A model generated the notes under the pieces. That model worked only from the letters and a program-made list of their open reading frames with translations, did no database searches and was not told the DNA's origin. DNA of 64,000 bases from Rhizophagus irregularis (taxonomy: Eukaryota), in the NCBI RefSeq assembly GCF_026210795.1, contig NC_089432.1:930001-994000 (forward strand), given 5' to 3'. The position numbers were made by a program, and so were the translations under genes. Positions 1-14,520 of this stretch are shown here, one piece after another. Each line of letters starts with the position of its first letter. Within the stretch, counting starts at the first letter, position 1.

Positions 1-676
1 ATTGTTGTAATTTATTTTCAATTTTAATTTTATAATTCATCCAGAAATCATATAATCTTTTTAATTCTTGCACAATTAATGATATTTCTTCTTTAGACCG
101 TTGTAAATTATTAAAATTTTTAATTGAATTGAATATAACTATTCGAGGTATATTATCCATTTTATCATTAATTGATATATCTAATATTTGCCAAAAATCT
201 GACGTATGATTAACTATTTCATTAAATATTGCTTTTGGATAATCTTTACAAAATGAATTTTCTTGTGCAAGTAATCTGAAATATTCATAATATGAAATGT
301 TTATTTCAATTTGTTTTGAAATATCTTTAATACTTGATTTAATTTTTAATGTTAACTTATGACCTAATAAAAATAAATATGGTTAAATAATATTTTAATA
401 AATAAGTTAAGATTACAAATATATATAATTACCTATATGGTCTTGATTATATAATTGTGAATTTTTAAATATATATTCATTACGAAATTTTCTAAGCTTA
501 TCAGAAATTAAATCCAAATTACGTTCACAATAATCATGAAAATATTTGGAATATATAGGATTAAATGGATTCCATCTTTTTGATTCAGGTATATCTAAAT
601 CTGATTCACATTTTTCAACTTTTTTTATATATAATGAGCGAGATCTTTTTAATGATTCCAACTGTCTTTCAGAGTT

Positions 677-3608
677 CACTGGTCGAAGTGGGATGATTTG
701 CATGAAGTTTATTGCCCATAAATAGCTTATAAATTTGTTGATCTCAATTACGCTTAAGAAATCTCCATCAAATTTAATTTATAGATTGAAACGGGTAAAA
801 TTTATTGTAAATTTTATGATTTTAAAACTAATTCGCTAATTATAATGTATAAATTCTAAATAAATTTTAATTAAATTTAATATTAATGTTTATTACGCAT
901 ATAATAGCTTGAAATTTACTTGAAATATGATATTAAATTCGCAACAAGCCATTTACTACTATTATTGAAATTTTGCTATACTAAAACAAAATTTATATTA
1001 TTACAAAATTACAAAAAAAAGCAAAGAGATAATCATGAAACTTCGTAGCCACGCTCAATTAAGGCAATGTATTACTAGACCTATGCTAAAGATGACTTTA
1101 GCAAGGCTTTCTTTGAGAAATTAAAAGAAATTTCATACATTTTGCCAGCTGGTGAGAAAGCTTATGACCTCTAATAATCTCAAGTCAATTTATATTAATT
1201 AATGTTATATTATTATATGCTATTTGTGTCATTTTGTGATGGTTAAGTTGAACATATTCCAAGCATCAAAAACCATAATTGCAGTTTATTATTTTGAAGA
1301 GTATAAAAGAAAATGTAAAGAAAATTAAAAAAATAGTTTATTCGTGATTAAAAATAGTTAAAATAGTTAAAATAGTTTAATGTGTTATATCAATCCTCAA
1401 AATGGAATCGGGTCCTATTTTACTATCTTACATAAAATTAATGTCATGTTTATCACATGATATAATAACTGATAGGCGCAGTTCAATGACGGATAATCTT
1501 TCTTTAAAAAAAAAGTTTGTTCTTTCCCATAATTCCTTTCCCTCTTTCTCATTCATTAATTTTTTTTTACAACAACGACATCAATGAGCTATTGGTATGA
1601 ACAACTGACAAAAATTAAAGGAAATGAACAAATATCTCCAATGGCTCAAAGTTGAAGTTCAACTGAGAACGAACTGAACATTTTCGCAAATAGTGCTCTC
1701 TTAGGTGATTTCTTTTTATTTTTATCAATTTTTTGAATTTTTTTTTTGTTTTATCGTTATTTACTATAATTTTCTTTTTTTTTCTTATTATTTTTCATAA
1801 AATTTTTTCCAAGCCTATGATAGCTGGACTTGAAGAAAACAAAAGTAAAAATTATACTTTACAATAAAACAAGAATTGGAAATTAAAATAAATGGCAAGT
1901 TAGTCTTGTTTTAATAGTTCATTATTAGTATTAGAAATGTATTAAAATTTTCTTTTTAATTTTTTAAAGGTAACAGAGAATCTTCAGACGATTGGTGATT
2001 ATTGGGGAAAGAGTTTCTATAAAAAATGTATTAAATGTTCCTTCTTTTTTTTGGTAGGTAATATTCTCTGGAGGGACTTTTTGGACAGTAAGTAAAATTT
2101 TTGGGAAAAGAATTTCGCCATTAATTATGAGGAACATACTAAATTTCCTTTTTTTTATTTTTTTGTAGGTAATGACTTGTCTGTGAAAGACTTTTGGATA
2201 GTGAGTTATTTCTTTTGAGAGGAATTCGTCATTTATCTGTAAGAAATGTCTGACGCTTCTTTTTTTAATCTTTATAGGTTCTGTATTTCCAGACTTTGGT
2301 AAGCTATTTGAATTCAGAATTGACTTTAAGAAACCTATTTTAAAAGAATTTTATTAATGAAATTTTTATTTTTTTTATTTTTTAGCCTTATGGTACTTTG
2401 GATCTTTGAAGCAGAATTTTGTTAATGGAAGATGAAGTTTTTCTCTTATTTTAACGTGGATTTTTTTGACACATGGACTTCTGGTAATTCTTTTTTTAAA
2501 GTTCTTTTTTTTTTAATTTAAAAAAAGAGAAAGTGATTTTTAAATTATTATTTTTAATGAATTCAGTTTTTTAGACGGCTTCATTTTGATCTTTAGACAC
2601 ATAGGTTATGGTGTACTTTTTTTTTATATTCTTAAACTTTTTTTTTAATATAATATTAACCTAACAACTTCATTTTCGTTCTTATTTGGATAAGTCTTCA
2701 GCTCTTTAGAGGCTGATTTCGGTAAGATATTTTTTTTCTTTGACATTAAAAAATGATTACTAACTTTTTGTTTCTTTTATAGATGACTTGCTCTTTGGTA
2801 TTCAGAGATATTTTTGAACATGGATTTCATAAGTTCAATTTTTTTCTTTAATTTTTCTTTTAACAAAGAATGATCACTAATATTCATCATCTTTCTTTTT
2901 TCAGATGGTTGGTTTTTTGACTCTTTAAACGCGTGAAAACTTGGTGAGATTTGTTTCTAATTATGCATTTCAATGAAATGTTTTTACTAACATTTCAATT
3001 TTCTCTTTTTTAGATGGTCTAGGTCTCTGAATCAAATGTTTAGGGATCTTGTAGAAAAGAAGTTTGAGGTTAGAAATCATAGGCTTTCTCACCAGCTGGC
3101 AAAATGTATGAAATTTCTTTTAATTCACAAAGAAAGCCTTGCTAAAGTCATCTTTAGTGTAGGTCTAGTAATACATTGCCTTAATTGAGCGTGGCTACGA
3201 AGTTTATGATTCTTAAATAGAAGTGAAGTTTCATTATAATATACATAAAATTTATATAAAATTTATATTGTATTTATTGTTAATATTTTAGCTATATATT
3301 TGCAAATATGAGCGAAATTTCATTAACATTTCTTATATCATAAAAAATTTCTGTTTAATGTATTATAAGTTTAAATGATATATAAAGAAGGTTTTATCAC
3401 AATTTAAAATACATTTATATAATAGAAACTTGTAAATTTCAAATGACATATACACTTCATGGAAATTGGACAAGTTTACAACAAATTTCCTTAATATACA
3501 CTTTAATTGGAATTAATTGAAATTACTGGTAAATCAATTTGAAATGTGATGTGTATATAAAATTTCTCTAGTGTAAATGTATTGCACATCCCCCTACTTC
3601 GACCAGTG
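677..3608. mobile_element. Non-autonomous CACTG-terminated DNA transposon (CMC/EnSpm-like)
   Basis: TIRs CACTGGTCGAAGT (13 bp perfect, 22/26 extended) with 3-bp TSD GTT at 674-676 and 3609-3611. Removing the element restores the KDZ reading frame (EISKAN|SERQLESLKR). Confidence 0.85.
1038..3205. mobile_element. Nested non-autonomous element with ~140-bp inverted repeats
   Basis: 1038-~1175 (AAACTTCGTAGCCACGCTCAATTAAGGC...) is the near-perfect reverse complement of ~3065-3205. Possible ATG TSD at 1035-1037 and 3206-3208. T-rich non-coding interior. Confidence 0.75.
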
Positions 3609-6600
3609 GTTAGCTTTTGATATTTCAATCCTAAAAAAATAATATTAGTATTTAGTAATATTAAAATAATTATTACTTGAATAAAATTAGTACATACTCA
3701 TATCGATGTAATTCCATTAGGTTTAAGAAATACAACTCTTTTCCAATTAAATGTTGCCTAAAAACTAAAAATCTCATATATTAAAACTAATTTTTAAAAA
3801 ATTAGCATAATAAAATACATAATATTTACCAAAATTGGATTCATACTGGCACTGAATATAATAAAGTATTTTACTTTCATCAATTCCATGCATTTGTTCC
3901 ATTTCTTTTAATATTTTTACTGATACATTCATTATTTTATAAGCATTTTTAAACCTTTTAACTAAGTTACATGCTGATATAAAATAAAAATATAAATTAA
4001 AATATAAATATTTTAAATTATCATAAATTTAATTGAACATTACCTAAATTACTAATCATTTTTCTACTTATATGCTGAATTCCTTTTTCTAAAATATCCA
4101 ATCTATGATGTGGTCTCATATATCTTGTTGTAGAAGAAAAGCGTCCTAAATATGACCACAGTCTTTCTAAACTTTCCCCATCAGTTAATCCTATGGAATT
4201 ACAAGCCCTTGGGTGGTAATTTAATTGGCATTTCATTGAATGTGCATAGGCATGAAATATTGAAACACACCAATTAAATCGAGATTTGAATGGAAAAAGT
4301 CTACTTTCACTTTTTTCTACATGTGAATGAAGATTGCATGCAATATCATATAAGACAATAAATGTAGAAGAATCTTCATAAAACATATTATGTAAATCTG
4401 ATAAAATATATTCTGCTAAAGAAAATCTATAAAAATGTAATTATATAATATGAATAACTAATGTTAATATCAAATGTTAATATTACAATAATATATAAAT
4501 TACCTTTCACCAATTCCTTTTAAATTAATAAATTTTAAAGGAATGCCGTGCCTACATGTACTTCCAAATATTCCTGTATCGTCCAAATAATTGGATTTAA
4601 GGTTTGCTTTTGTTTGATTAGCCGCTTTAAAATGGCTGTCACATACATTTATTTGCTTAATGAAATAATAAATAATAAATAATTAATAATTAACAAATTA
4701 AAATAATAAATGAAGTTAAATAAACAACAAATATATATATAGAATACTTACCGCATTATTATTATTTATATTTAATGTATTTAATGAACTTAAATTAATC
4801 GAATTTTGTACCCATTCATCATATTTATTTTGGTTTAAAATAAATGATTCTTCAATTATTCTTTCACCAATATTAGAACCAGCACTTTTCATTCGTTTAA
4901 GTTGAAAATTAGCATCCAATGCAATTATAATTTTAGAGTTTTTCTCTTCTGGCTATAATTAAATTTGTTTATTAATTCAAAATATAATGTAAAAAAGTTT
5001 TTAAAAATATAAATGGGAAGTAAATCAAGCAAAAAATAAAGTTACCTGTGGACAAGCTGGACAATTAAATTGTGATTTACTACTAAATAACTTATTAATA
5101 GTATTTTCAATCATAGTTTTTAATCCTAAATATTGATGAAAAGCAGATTTAAAAAGATAATATATGTTCTAATAATAATAAAAACATATTAGTAAACTAT
5201 ATAACATTAATATAATGAAATTTTTTAAAAACTTAACTCTAGTTATATCTTGATCAGAGAATAATGATTCTAATACTCGACAAAATGAAAGATATGATAC
5301 ATGTGCTTCGAGTAATAATTCTTGATAAATATCAAATAATTCAAATGAGAAAGCAACTTGTGGATTTATAGGGGTGGAAGGAAATAATTTATGCCTGATT
5401 AATGTTTCGACCAAACCTTCACAAGTTGGAAATTTTGCTTTAAATATTCCTATTTAATGCAATATTTATTTAATTGAAAATTTTATTAAAGTATAACAAA
5501 TAAGATTTATACTTTACCTTTTAAATTAATGATTGATATTTCCTTAATTTCATGCTCACAAAATCCTGTACATAATTGTGGTAGTTTTATTTCTTCTTTA
5601 TCAAAAATATTACTTATAAAAACTTTTCTATGAAATAAATTTATATCCTTATGATATAAAGTATTACACTCTAAACACAAATAAGTATTAAGACCACAAT
5701 CTAAACAATAACAAATGGCAGGTGAATTACATTTGAAGCATTTGGAGTCCTTATTAATTGCATTATTTTCTATCATAATGTCAAATAATTTTGGTGAGAT
5801 TTTTCTCCAATTTTCGGACAAATTTTTTTGAGCATTTTTATATGTATTTTTAGCAGAACTATAGTTTTCATCTTCTTTTATAATATCAATATCTATCCAT
5901 TCATCATTGTTTCTATCTTCATCCACTATTTCAGTAGATTTATATATATTTTCAGATAAATTTTTGGCTCGATATTTGTTACTTCCTTTTGCATATCGAT
6001 TAATAACTACTTTTTTTGCATTTTTTTTATTTGAAGAAACTAAATAAGGCCTGTAACTAATTTTACCTAAAAATAAAAGATATTAAGTAACAATTTAAAT
6101 ATATTTCTTTAATAACAATAATATAAATACCTTTTTTATTCAAATTTCCTTTATTCATATTAAATATGTAAAAAGAATAAATTTACAAAAAAAAATTTTT
6201 CGGGATTGATCAAACTAAATTAGCCAATTAGACTACTTGCTGCAGATCAAATCTATTTATAAAATAAAAGCAGATTAGCAGATATTACCATAAGTACCTT
6301 ATAACACTGCCTAATACCTTAGGTATAAATCAATTTACCAGGTTTAAAACATTTAATTAGATCGGGTGTATACATACATCCTGCTGTATTAAACAAATTT
6401 AATGTACGAAAGATTTCATTCAACTTATAGTAATGGTTTAATGGTTTAATATTCTTAATTTAAGAAAATAAAAAAAATCTATATATTATGATATTTTGGG
6501 TCGGTATTAAATATAGAAGCTAAAATGGGCCTTTTAAGCAATGCACGGTAACTTTAATTTATACTGAACTATTACTTTAAGAATCTTTTATTTCAATAAT

Positions 6601-6695
6601 TTTAATAATATTTAGTAAAGATTTTATAATAATTCCCTACTTCAAAAAAAAAAACAATACAAATTTAACTAAAAATTAATAAATGCTAAAACTCA

Positions 6696-8686
6696 TTAAT
6701 CTAGTTCCATTATTTCATATGCTGACAATTTATCAAATAAAATTTTTGTATTTAATGGTCGTACTCCTTCATTTAAATTTTCTATTGAATTGATATCAAG
6801 TGCTTCCATAAATATTTCATAAAAATGGTTGGTGGATTCAAAATCAGATACGTGCATTCCTACTTTAATTATCTGATTAAAGGATATTCCTGCACTAACG
6901 ATATGTTGTAACCTCATTGCACTTGTTTTAAAACGTCGTTCTGAACGTTCTGAAATGCCTTCTTGAATACAAATAATCTCTTTTACAAATGTCCTTTGTT
7001 TACCCTTCTGATTTGGAAAATTTGATTCTGCCACAACATTAATTTCATTATAAATATCAATCAAGGACATCCTATGATAAAACTTGAATACATTGAACGC
7101 TATTCCAATTTTTTCTATTTGGTTCTTTTGGAGGGCCCACTGCTTGACTCTTTGTATACCACTTGTTTTATCTATAATCTTAATTGGTTCAGCAGTTAAA
7201 AGATTAAGGGAGTGCGTTAAATTATTATTTTGTAAATCCGATTCATTAACCATATCTTTATCTGCCAATTTTTGAACTGGTGAATCATGAGTATTTGATT
7301 GAAGATCATCCATAACTAGTTTTCGGAGTTTTTCACCAAATTTTTTGAATTTCTTCTCTTTTAATTCTTTAGCTTCAAGGTTTTTTTTTGCTTTATCTAT
7401 TGATTTAAGAAATATAATAGATTATATAAATATAAATTAATAATAATTATATTTATTAGTTCAATAAAAAACAGAAATACCTTCAGTTTCTTCATTTTGT
7501 ATATCGTCATTTTCTACATCAATCTCCATAATTTCTACATCTTCGTCCACTTCATTTTTATTATCTACATTAATTTTTACAACTTCTATGCTTTCATTTA
7601 CATTATCTCTTACTTTCTTTCCTTTAATTAAAGAGACAAATGATAATGGAACTGATGTTGAAGATGGTGATGGTTGAATTAATGTTGAGAACGAAGATGA
7701 AGATGAAATTAAAGTTGGGGACGACGATAACATATCATTTTTCTGCATATATTCGTTGATTTTAGCGATCCATTTTTCTATTAAACATTTAAAATCTTTT
7801 AGTTTTTTCCATTCTGCATAAATAGGTAGAATATCAGCCCCCCATTTTATATCCTCTCTTGTAGGTTGTTTGATTTCGTTATTATATCCAAATTTTTTGT
7901 GGCATCTGGAATTTAATTTCTCCCAAATTTCATCAGAATCATCTTCAATTGATTGATTAACGGTATTTAAATCATTATTTAAAACTGTAATATAATCTTC
8001 TAATTTAAAAGGTTTAGAAGAAGTTGATATAGACGGAGATGACATTGATGGCAAATTATTAGATGCAGTAGAAGTTGTAGATATGTTATCAACTAGACTA
8101 GTTTCGTTATTATAATTATCTGATGATACGACTGTTGAAAATGATCCATCAAAACGCGCCAGGGTTTCAAACTTCTTCAATTTAGACTAAAGTAAATTTT
8201 AATATATTAAATAAAATTTTAATAAAATGTAAATTTTAAAATTAAAACACATTTGTATTATATATAACACTATTTACCAGCAAATTATTATTTTCAGCTT
8301 TAAGTGCTTCGAGTTTTTCCTAATATGCATATAAAAATATAAATATAAATTATAGAGAAAAAAAAGAATTTAATTTTAATAATCTTACTTCTAAATTTTC
8401 ATAATAATTATTATCCTTCAAATCGATCATCAATCTATCTTTATGTTTTCCATATATGACGACAGCTGTACGATCGTTGATGACAGAAATGTTTTTAAGG
8501 CGGCCTTGAAGTTTATTACGAATAAAAGATAAAGCTTCTGAAATTTTTATATTGTCATTATCAGATAATGATAATGAAACTTTATTGTCCTTAAAGTTAA
8601 ATAAATAAACATATTAAATACATTATAAATAATTTTATTTAACTATAATAACTAAAAGTACAATTTACCTTTATATTATTTGACAT
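6696..8686 (-). CDS. Multi-exon hypothetical protein adjacent to the KDZ transposase (Ser-rich linkers, helical C-terminal domain)
   Basis: Exons MSNNIK (8686-8669), DNKVSLSL..ENLE, EKLEALKAENNNLL, then the ORFs at 7461-8180 and 6696-7313, joined by GT-AG introns. Confidence 0.7.
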
Positions 8687-8774
8687 TGTAAAAGTTTAAA
8701 ATTTCGTAAACGTTAAAAAAAAAGAAAAATAGGGATTGTTTATGTTATTTTATTCTAGTACATTTGTAATTAAT

Positions 8775-9078
8775 TATTTTTAGAATTAAACGCGTAATGG
8801 TAAAATGTTTTACTATTTTTAGAATTAAACGCGTAATGGAAAATGTTTGAAATGTTTTCTATACTATTTATAGAATTAAATGACTTAAACGCGTAATGGG
8901 AAAATGTTTTACTATTTTTAGAATTAAACGCGTAATGGAAAAATGTTTAAAATGTTTTCAATACTATTTTTAGAATCAAACGCGTAATGGGAAAATGTTT
9001 GAAATGTTTTCTATACTATTTTTAGAATTAAACGCGTAATGGGAAAATGTTTGAAATGTTTTCTATACTATTTTTAGA
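8775..9078. repeat. Tandem ~40-50-bp repeat array containing six ACGCGT motifs
   Basis: Six copies of AAACGCGTAATGG(A)AAATGTTT, immediately upstream of the ATG at 8686. Confidence 0.9.
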
Positions 9079-9499
9079 TTGTAACTCAAAATAGAATAAT
9101 TACTTTAATTACCTGTTAAAAATTATAGAAAACTTACTTATAGTTTGTACTCCGATCAAATGGGGGCTAAAATAATAAAAAAAAATCTATACATTTTATT
9201 TGAATTTTTTTAATTAGTAACTATAATACAATTTAAATTACAAAGGATTATTTAATCATAAACGGTCAATTGAAAATAAAATGTAATATATCATCAATCA
9301 AATTTAAATTAATGATTACTAAATAAAAAAAGATAGTTATAGGGTTTTTGTGTAAAAATTATTTTCTTGTGCAAATTTATATATTAAATCAATCACAAAA
9401 ATGATGCAAATTTATTGTGGCATAAAATTCTTCATATTAGGCGAAAAAATTTAACTTCATTTGCGATTATTTTTTCAAGAAATAAATATTACTGATTAT

Positions 9500-9765
9500 C
9501 ATCATTGCAGCAGATTTATAAAGATTTATGAAATTTGGAAAAAGTCCTGCTGCGCCCTTGGGAATTAAAATTGACTTACAGAAATTTTTCCTAAAAAAAT
9601 GTCAAATAATGATGCGCCTTTAACACTGGAAAAAAAAATTTTTAAAGCTCATTTTTGACTGTTCACTAATAAATTTGGGACTTAAATAGAAATTTGGTGA
9701 TAAAACATATAATTAATTTGACATGACAGACAAATTTTGGGGTATTTCATAAATCTGCCATGATG
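9500..9765. mobile_element. MITE family A, copy 1
   Basis: Imperfect TIRs CATCATTGCAGCAGATTTAT / ATAAATCTGCCATGATG; homologous copy at 16922-17254. Confidence 0.7.
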
Positions 9766-10379
9766 TTAATTTTAATTAAGTTGTTATATAAATATTATAT
9801 ATTTATTATGAAACTGAATATTAAACTTTTAATAATTATTTTTATATTTATTATAATCAAATAAAAAAATTCTGATTTTTCGATTTTTCCAATAACTTTT
9901 ATTACGTCATATTTTGTATTGATTGTCTGATTTCACATGGTATAAAAGTAAATTTGGTTTCGGCTTTTAATGATTATCCTAATTAACGCTAATTAAATTG
10001 TTAAAATTCCAATTTTATTTTAAGATTTCTTTGCAAATATTTCAGTACTCTACACCTGGCTTCTATCAACTATTTATAATATAATCCAGTACCATCATTT
10101 ATTATAGCTAAATTTGAGATAATCAAAATCTTTACTTGTATAATAAAACATGAGACAATAGAGAATACTGTATAAATGAAATATAAATTTAAAGTTTTTC
10201 AAAGGGTGCCATTAAACAAAGAAGGTAGACACTTATAGGAGATAGAGCTTTTTCTTTAATTTAATTGTTTTAAAGAAATGTTTCTGAAATTTCTTATTTT
10301 TTTTATAGAGATGCCAGCACGCAAAAAATAATAAAGCTCCAGATATTAGTGGGAATGTGGGATTCCATATGACTATTGG

Positions 10380-13300
10380 AAATATTGTAAAAATTTAACA
10401 AAAGGTTTTTGTTAGGAATAATTAATGAGGGTATGGAGTGTGGAGTAATTTTAGGAGAATGGAAAAAAGGTCTAATTTATCCGACTGGAATCAAGATTTG
10501 AAATTGATACAACCAATTACTTTAATAGAGACAGCGAGAAAATTATTTTTGAAAATTCTGGTAAATGACTAAGTAAAATTCTAACGAAGGAAAAATTTTG
10601 ATGGGGACAAATTATGAAAGCTTTAAAAAATGATTTTATATGAGAAAGATTTTATGGGTTAAAAAATATTTACGATCTGCAACTTGAAAGTTTAAGTAAG
10701 AATGTTATTTATTTAGCAAATGGTAATGAAAAATTGAGTACTTTATTTAAAATCAAGATAATGCAAGAATAAATGAGATTGTGGACCGCAGTGTGCATAG
10801 GAGATATAAATGGTAAAGCAATAAAAGGACGCAATTGTTAGATTAACGATGCAATTAACTTGTTGAAATCAGAAACATGAGTTTATGCAATCATGAGATT
10901 TTAGACGAAAATGCAGGGCATAAGATTAAAGGTGGTAATATAGAGATAATAGATCTATTACCTGATTCAGAAATTTAAAGAAGTGCATTATCACGAAGAA
11001 AGAAAGAAATTCTCTTTTTAGAACAATTATTGGAAGCAAATCAATTTAGAATAATGAAGTGGAAACATGTTTTATAGGAAATGATTTGAGTTTTAGAGGT
11101 AAAATACCTAGTAATTGGTTTAAGATTGTAGAAAACGAAGTGAGAGAAAATAAAGAGATGAGAAATTTAATATAAAAATAAAAATTTTGATAGAAATAAT
11201 ATTCATATGAAAATTTTTGATGAAAATGAGAAAGTGTCAAGAAATAATTTAATAACATGGAATGATGAAAAAGGATTTCCTATCTTTGGAGAAGATAGGA
11301 AAAAATCAAGAAATAAAAATTATAAGAGGATAGGGATACATTGGATCATGATAAATGAGAATATAAATATAGATGATTCACCTACTTTAATTAAATGTAA
11401 GGGTTGTAAAAAGAATATAGGTAAAAAAAAATATGAATAAAGAGAGTAAAATTGAATGTTTAATTTATTTAAAATGAAGAAAGTAGGATTATTAGAAAAC
11501 GGAACGAAGGTTGGAATATCAAACCTTATGAGACATTCCGAAATATTAAAAATAAATGATCTGGTGGAAAAATATTTAAGAGAAGAATAAAAAGAATAAA
11601 GATTTAATACAAGAATTGAGATGATAGATAATTTGGTTAATACAAATAAAAATCTGATAGAATTTTAAAGAATAGTATTTTAGAGAAAGACGATTTTAGT
11701 TTTAGGAGGAAGGTAAATTTTTTAATGATAGAGGTTATGAAACTAAAAAGTAAAGTTAAGGAAAATGGGAAAAAATCGATTGAATATTTAGTAATGTGGA
11801 AGATAAGACATGAAGAATTCGTTACAAAGAATGAGATTAATTTTAACAGAAAATTTAAAGTATTGTTTGAGAATGAATACAAAATTTTATTAAGATGTTT
11901 GATAATAGGTATCATTTTATTAAATAGTAATAGCGAATTAATTTTAGGTTTAGATGGGAAATTTTGTGAATTATCAAAGAATTATAGAAAATTTAAGTAC
12001 AAGACGAAGGTTAGATAATGAATACAATATGGAGTTATTGGTAATAGAAAAGTTTTGATCGCAAATGAATATAAGAACGATTTCGTGTACGGAGAAGGAG
12101 GCGAACGATATAAAAATATGTAAAGAAGAAATGGATAAATTCTATTGCAAATGAAAGAAAGCAAAAATGAAACATATATGATAGACTTTAATGAAGGGGG
12201 ATTAGTGACCAACGAATTCAATTTATATTGGAAATATAATTTGATTTTAGGAGATTTAAGGGGATGGCGAAAGAAAGTTTCAGAAGTGATATGGAAGAAC
12301 GAAATTTTAAATAGTAAAAAGATTGAAGATTTATTTTCCTATAATTACAGAAATAAATTCGATTGGGTAAAGTCTTTAAAATTTATAAGCAATGGAACAA
12401 ATTTACATTTTGGCAATGTGCGCAAGAGGACACAAAAGAAAGAGCGTATAAAATTAAAAATTGGATAAAAGAATTACTAACATATAGTGTACTTTTTAAA
12501 AGGAAAATATTTGGATTGATAATGATACCTGCCCAAGATGCAATAAGGAAGAAGAAGATTGGTATAATTAATGGAAATGTGAGTGTAATGAATTTTCTGT
12601 AAGAGAAATTATAGAGAATTCGATAAAAAGTTGGAGGATGAAAAAAAGATTGATGATTCGACAATATTATGAGATATTAATAGGATTTTGTTCAAGTATT
12701 AGAAAAGCCTACAAGAATTTTATTAGGTTTTAGTAGAGAATGGGAGATGCTTAGAGGATTATATAATAACAATTTCAATCTTATTTTGAAGAAAAAGAAT
12801 ACAATATGATTATAGAAGAATTGTGGTGTTTTTGTTATGAGAATATAAGATTGAAAATATGGGATAAAAGATGTAAAGATGTAGTGGCGATAGAAGAAAA
12901 GAAGGATTTAAAGAAAGGTGAGAAAAAGAAACGTAAAAAAGATCAAAAGAGCAAAAGGAGGAGGTAAAGCGAGAAAAAATACAAAACAGCAGATAATATA
13001 GAAAAAGATAAAGAAAAAATATAGAAAACAATATTAGAAATAATGGAAGGTATATCAATTACGAAATCATGGGGGTATTAAAATAAATTAGTATAAAAAA
13101 ATTTTTTAGTATAAAATGCTTTTAGTTATAGAAGATAATTAAAATTTTTAATTATTTTTTAGTGTTTTAAAAATTTTTTTATGTAATCTTTTTGTAATTG
13201 ATAATAAATGCATTATTAAAATTAAAAAAATAAAAAAAAGGGATAAGTGGATTATAGGTGATGGAAGTTGGAAAAGAGGTGTGATAATTCTGGGCGAGTG

Positions 13301-13670
13301 GTCACTAATGAAAGTTTCGTTTGGTTTTAAACACATTTCCGTATAATGGAAGTTACTTGTAATCTTACTTTAGTTAAATTTTAGTTTTCTGTTAGGTCTA
13401 GAGTTTTTATATATGTTATGTGTGAAAGTTTTTTGTTTTTCTTTTTTTATTTTGTATTGTTTCTTTTGGGTTGAGTGACATCGATTATATATTGTTGTTA
13501 GTTCTTTTTGCACGCTCAGGTATATATAATTATATATGCTCTTTGTATTTAAATAGACTGGTTTGCTATAGGGTCATGTGCTTTTTCACATGCCTCTAGG
13601 TATTTCTGACGTTAATATGTATATCTATGGTATTGTTTAATAAAGAAATGCAGTGCAAATTTTTTTTTAA
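10380..13670 (+). pseudogene. Degenerate non-LTR retrotransposon (LINE) ORF2 relic plus 3' UTR
   Basis: Frameshifted fragments EWKKGLIYP..QPITLIETARKLF (RT N-terminal part) and RAYKIKNWIKELLTYSVL..CPRC (zinc-binding RVT-type C-terminus); many stops. Confidence 0.7.
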
Positions 13671-13679
13671 AAAATAAAA

Positions 13680-14520
13680 TATGGAAGGTTGTTATAGAAA
13701 TGGGCCAAAGACCTTAGTAGTCTTAACAATAAGAAAAAAATTATGTTATTAAAATAATTAGAACAGCTATTTGTAACTAATATAAGTTAACATCAATTGG
13801 CCAATTTTGTTTATGATAATTCGTAATGAAACAAGTGTATCAAAATCATCAACTAATGCGATGGATACTCAAATTAGAGCTTTTAGGATCAAAAAGTTTC
13901 TTTAAACATTGCCAACATATGAAATATTATATCAAAGGAAAGTTTTTGGAACTTCTTCAGAGAAATGTATAAGATGTAATGAAGAAACAGAAACATGGGA
14001 TCATACTACTATATAGTAGCATTGTAACAAGATTCTTCTATTAATTTATGGATAGATGCAGTCAATGTAATTACAGAAGATAATAAAGAAAGAGAAAAGC
14101 TTTACAACATAGTAATGTTAAATCAAGATTATTTACATTAAGAATTTACTATATGAGATAATGCGTGGACTTTCTAACATCAAGATTTGGCAATATAAAC
14201 ATTGTAAAGTAGATGATTCAAAGATGTTGAAGATATGTTGTGACTTATATTTGACGTATATATATGAAAAAATTTGGAAAATGAGATGTCAAGAAGTAGT
14301 AAGTTCTGAGAAGTCTCAAAGCATAGGTAAATTGGATTAAAAGATAAGGGGATTCTTGATTAGAGAAGGATAAAAGAAGTGATAGAGAAACAGAGGAGTT
14401 AAGTATAAATAATAAAAACAAAAAAATTCAGAAAATAGTAAAATTATTAAAAAAATAAAATGAGAAAATATTAGAAATGGTAATGAGTTAAATACCATAA
14501 CAGTGAATAAGTAAGCTTTC
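13680..14520 (+). pseudogene. Second 5'-truncated LINE ORF2 C-terminal relic
   Basis: RAFRIKKF..LPTYEILYQR..CIRCNEETETWDH and IWKMRCQEVV motifs, interrupted by stops. Confidence 0.6.

Larger units (their letters stand above)
1..6158 (-). pseudogene. KDZ (Kyakuja-Dileera-Zisupton) transposase, multi-exon, with N-terminal Cys-rich (CxC-type) region; disrupted by an insertion at 677-3608; 3' end runs off the window
   Basis: GT-AG-bounded exons encode MNKGNLNKK (ATG 6158), CFKCNSPAICYCLDC..CLEC..H, LFPSTPINPQVAFSFELF, DANFQLKR, YDIACNL..FHAYAH..CQL.YHPR..GLTDGESLERLWSYL (KDZ hallmark motifs) and a C-terminal QRSKEEISLIVQELKR. Confidence 0.85.
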
